Source: PVC group bacterium
Lineage (GTDB): Bacteria > GCA-001730085 > JADFSZ01
Assembly (NCBI GenBank): GCA_022560555.1
Contig: JADFSZ010000067.1
Span: 1-8,767, forward strand
Length of the DNA stretch: 8,767 bases
Direction of reading: 5' to 3'
The notes under the pieces were generated by a model, which was not told the origin of the DNA, did not search any database, and worked only from the letters and a program-made list of their open reading frames with translations. Position numbers and translations under genes: made by a program. Below are positions 8,008-8,767 of this stretch, one piece after another. Every line of letters starts with the position of its first letter. Within the stretch, counting starts at the first letter, position 1.

Positions 8008-8036
8008 ATATTACCAATTTACCCGCTCCGTGTCAA
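8008..8036 (-). promoter_or_regulatory. Sigma70-type promoter of the ABC operon
   Basis: On the minus strand: consensus -35 TTGACA (8036..8031), an exact 17-nt spacer, then -10 TAATAT (8013..8008). The predicted transcription start is near 8001, giving a leader of about 63 nt before ATG 7938. Confidence 0.6.
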
Positions 8037-8221
8037 GCCTCCGGCTAAAAATGTCATTTATGGCCCATTTCGAGGCCAAAGAGTCCTTTACCCCTCAGGC
8101 ATTTGATATTTTACTTGAAGTAACGTTAACAAAAAAGAGGCAAAGTTCCGTGAATAGTAATCGGGACTTCCCGAGGCGCATAGCCGTTTATCTCTTCGCC
8201 TCGATTTACAAAGAGTGAAGA

Positions 8222-8722
8222 TTAACTCGCTTTTTTTGATTGTGCGTAATGAAGGAGAATTTGATCTGTTTTGTAAAGACGGCGGCAGGCTTCGCGTGCT
8301 ATGTTTAAGATGAGAATGCCGAATAGTTCGGGATCGGTTTGATGCAGTTCCAACAAAGCTTTTTGCGATAGTATCATTAATTCGGTATCTTCCATGGCCA
8401 GAGCAGAGGCCGCGTGAGGCTGAATCCCGATCACAGATGTCTCTCCAAAACACTGCCCCACTTTAAACACAATAATTTCAAACGGATCCTCATCGATGTT
8501 TGAGACAATTTTTACCTGCCCGGATCAAATGATGTAAATATAGCTAGGCCCCTCCCCTTCTCTAAAGATGATTTCACCTTCTTTATAAGATGTTTTCTCT
8601 AAAAGGCGAAACACGGCAAAAAGCTGCTTTTCATTCAGGGCGCCGAAGATAGAGATCTATTTTAGGATCGGAAGAATCTCCTCAATCTTTAAAAACGGTT
8701 CATGTGTGTGTTTTTGATTCAT
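8222..8722 (-). pseudogene. Stand-alone cyclic nucleotide-binding (CAP effector-type) domain protein interrupted by two in-frame stop codons
   Basis: One continuous minus-strand frame from ATG 8722 to TAA 8224..8222 reads MNQKHTHEPFLKIEEILPILK*ISIFGALNEKQLFAVFRLLEKTSYKEGEIIFREGEGPSYIYII*SGQVKIVSNIDEDPFEIIVFKVGQCFGETSVIGIQPHAASALAMEDTELMILSQKALLELHQTDPELFGILILNIAREACRRLYKTDQILLHYAQSKKAS. The first * is TAG at 8659..8657 and the second is TGA at 8527..8525. All three segments together form one canonical cNMP-binding domain (lF..L..e.L, G..GD.lYIilsG, FGE.s, R-less PBC, EDTELl). The track shows only the last third (8222..8470, GTG start). Confidence 0.8.
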
Positions 8723-8751
8723 AAAGAAAAAAGCCCCCTATAACGGGGGCT
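8723..8751 (-). terminator. Rho-independent terminator of the upstream (off-window) minus-strand gene
   Basis: On the minus strand: AGCCCCC (8751..8745), loop GTTATA, GGGGGCT (8738..8732), then TTTTTCTTT (8731..8723). This is a 7-bp GC-rich stem with a 6-nt loop and a U-tract. The plus-strand reading has no T-tract, so it acts in one direction only. Confidence 0.75.
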
Positions 8752-8767
8752 CCCCAAAAAAGATTCT

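Noticed and set aside
8172-8203. Inverted repeat CGAGGCG-18 nt-CGCCTCG located 19 nt downstream of the cNMP gene stop, considered as its terminator
   Set aside because: The loop is long at 18 nt, and on the minus strand the stem is followed by GGGAAGTCCC rather than a U-tract. It does not meet intrinsic-terminator criteria.
8030-8218. 62-aa plus-strand ORF (GTG start; 55 aa from ATG 8051) in the spacer upstream of the ABC operon
   Set aside because: No SD precedes either start. It overlaps the strong minus-strand promoter and its sequence shows no motif. Only a conservation or ribosome-profiling test could rescue it.
8088-8453. 121-aa minus-strand ORF overlapping the cNMP-binding gene in another frame
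   Set aside because: It overlaps the frame that carries the unmistakable cNMP-binding motifs. Its translation is Arg/Ser-rich with no motif. It is a frame shadow.
8222-8722. Alternative genetic code (TGA or TAG reassigned) as the explanation for the internal stops
   Set aside because: Five neighbouring genes of 219 to 844 codons have no internal TGA or TAG. They terminate on TGA (4438, 2987), TAG (576) and TAA. The standard code applies to this genome.
1-8767. Searched by eye for CRISPR repeats, IS or transposon ends, integrase or transposase genes, tRNA or rRNA genes, and tandem or long direct repeats
   Set aside because: None found. Homopolymer and short-repeat stretches (for example around 4525..4555) lie within coding frames and encode ordinary hydrophobic or basic peptide segments.

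Overview
Bacterial chromosomal window with seven protein-coding loci, six of them on the minus strand. There is no obvious mobile or accessory content.

Left to right:
1. A 3'-partial glycerophosphodiester phosphodiesterase (1..556, -). It is absent from the supplied ORF track because it runs off the left edge; I found it by hand translation.
2. A glycerol-kinase-like FGGY carbohydrate kinase (576..~1970, -). Its conserved N-terminal motif lies upstream of the first canonical start codon.
3. A glutathione S-transferase (2308..2967, +).
4. A tightly coupled minus-strand operon behind a near-consensus sigma70-type promoter (8036..8008). It encodes an ABC ATPase (7938..6976), a single 844-aa polypeptide fusing a GldF-type ABC-2 permease to a GldG-type auxiliary domain (6972..4438), and a membrane-anchored DUF4340-like protein (4441..2987).
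5. A stand-alone cyclic-nucleotide-binding-domain gene (8722..8222, -). Its frame is intact but carries two in-frame stops (TAG and TGA). A strong intrinsic terminator hairpin sits directly upstream of it.

I saw no tRNA, rRNA, CRISPR array, transposase, integrase or long repeat.

Items worth a second look:
- the doubly interrupted cNMP-binding gene;
- the kinase start-codon and A6-run problem;
- the functionally uncharacterised GldA/GldF-GldG/DUF4340 ABC module.

Functional calls rest on motif recognition by eye. No database search was possible and taxon cannot be assigned from this window.
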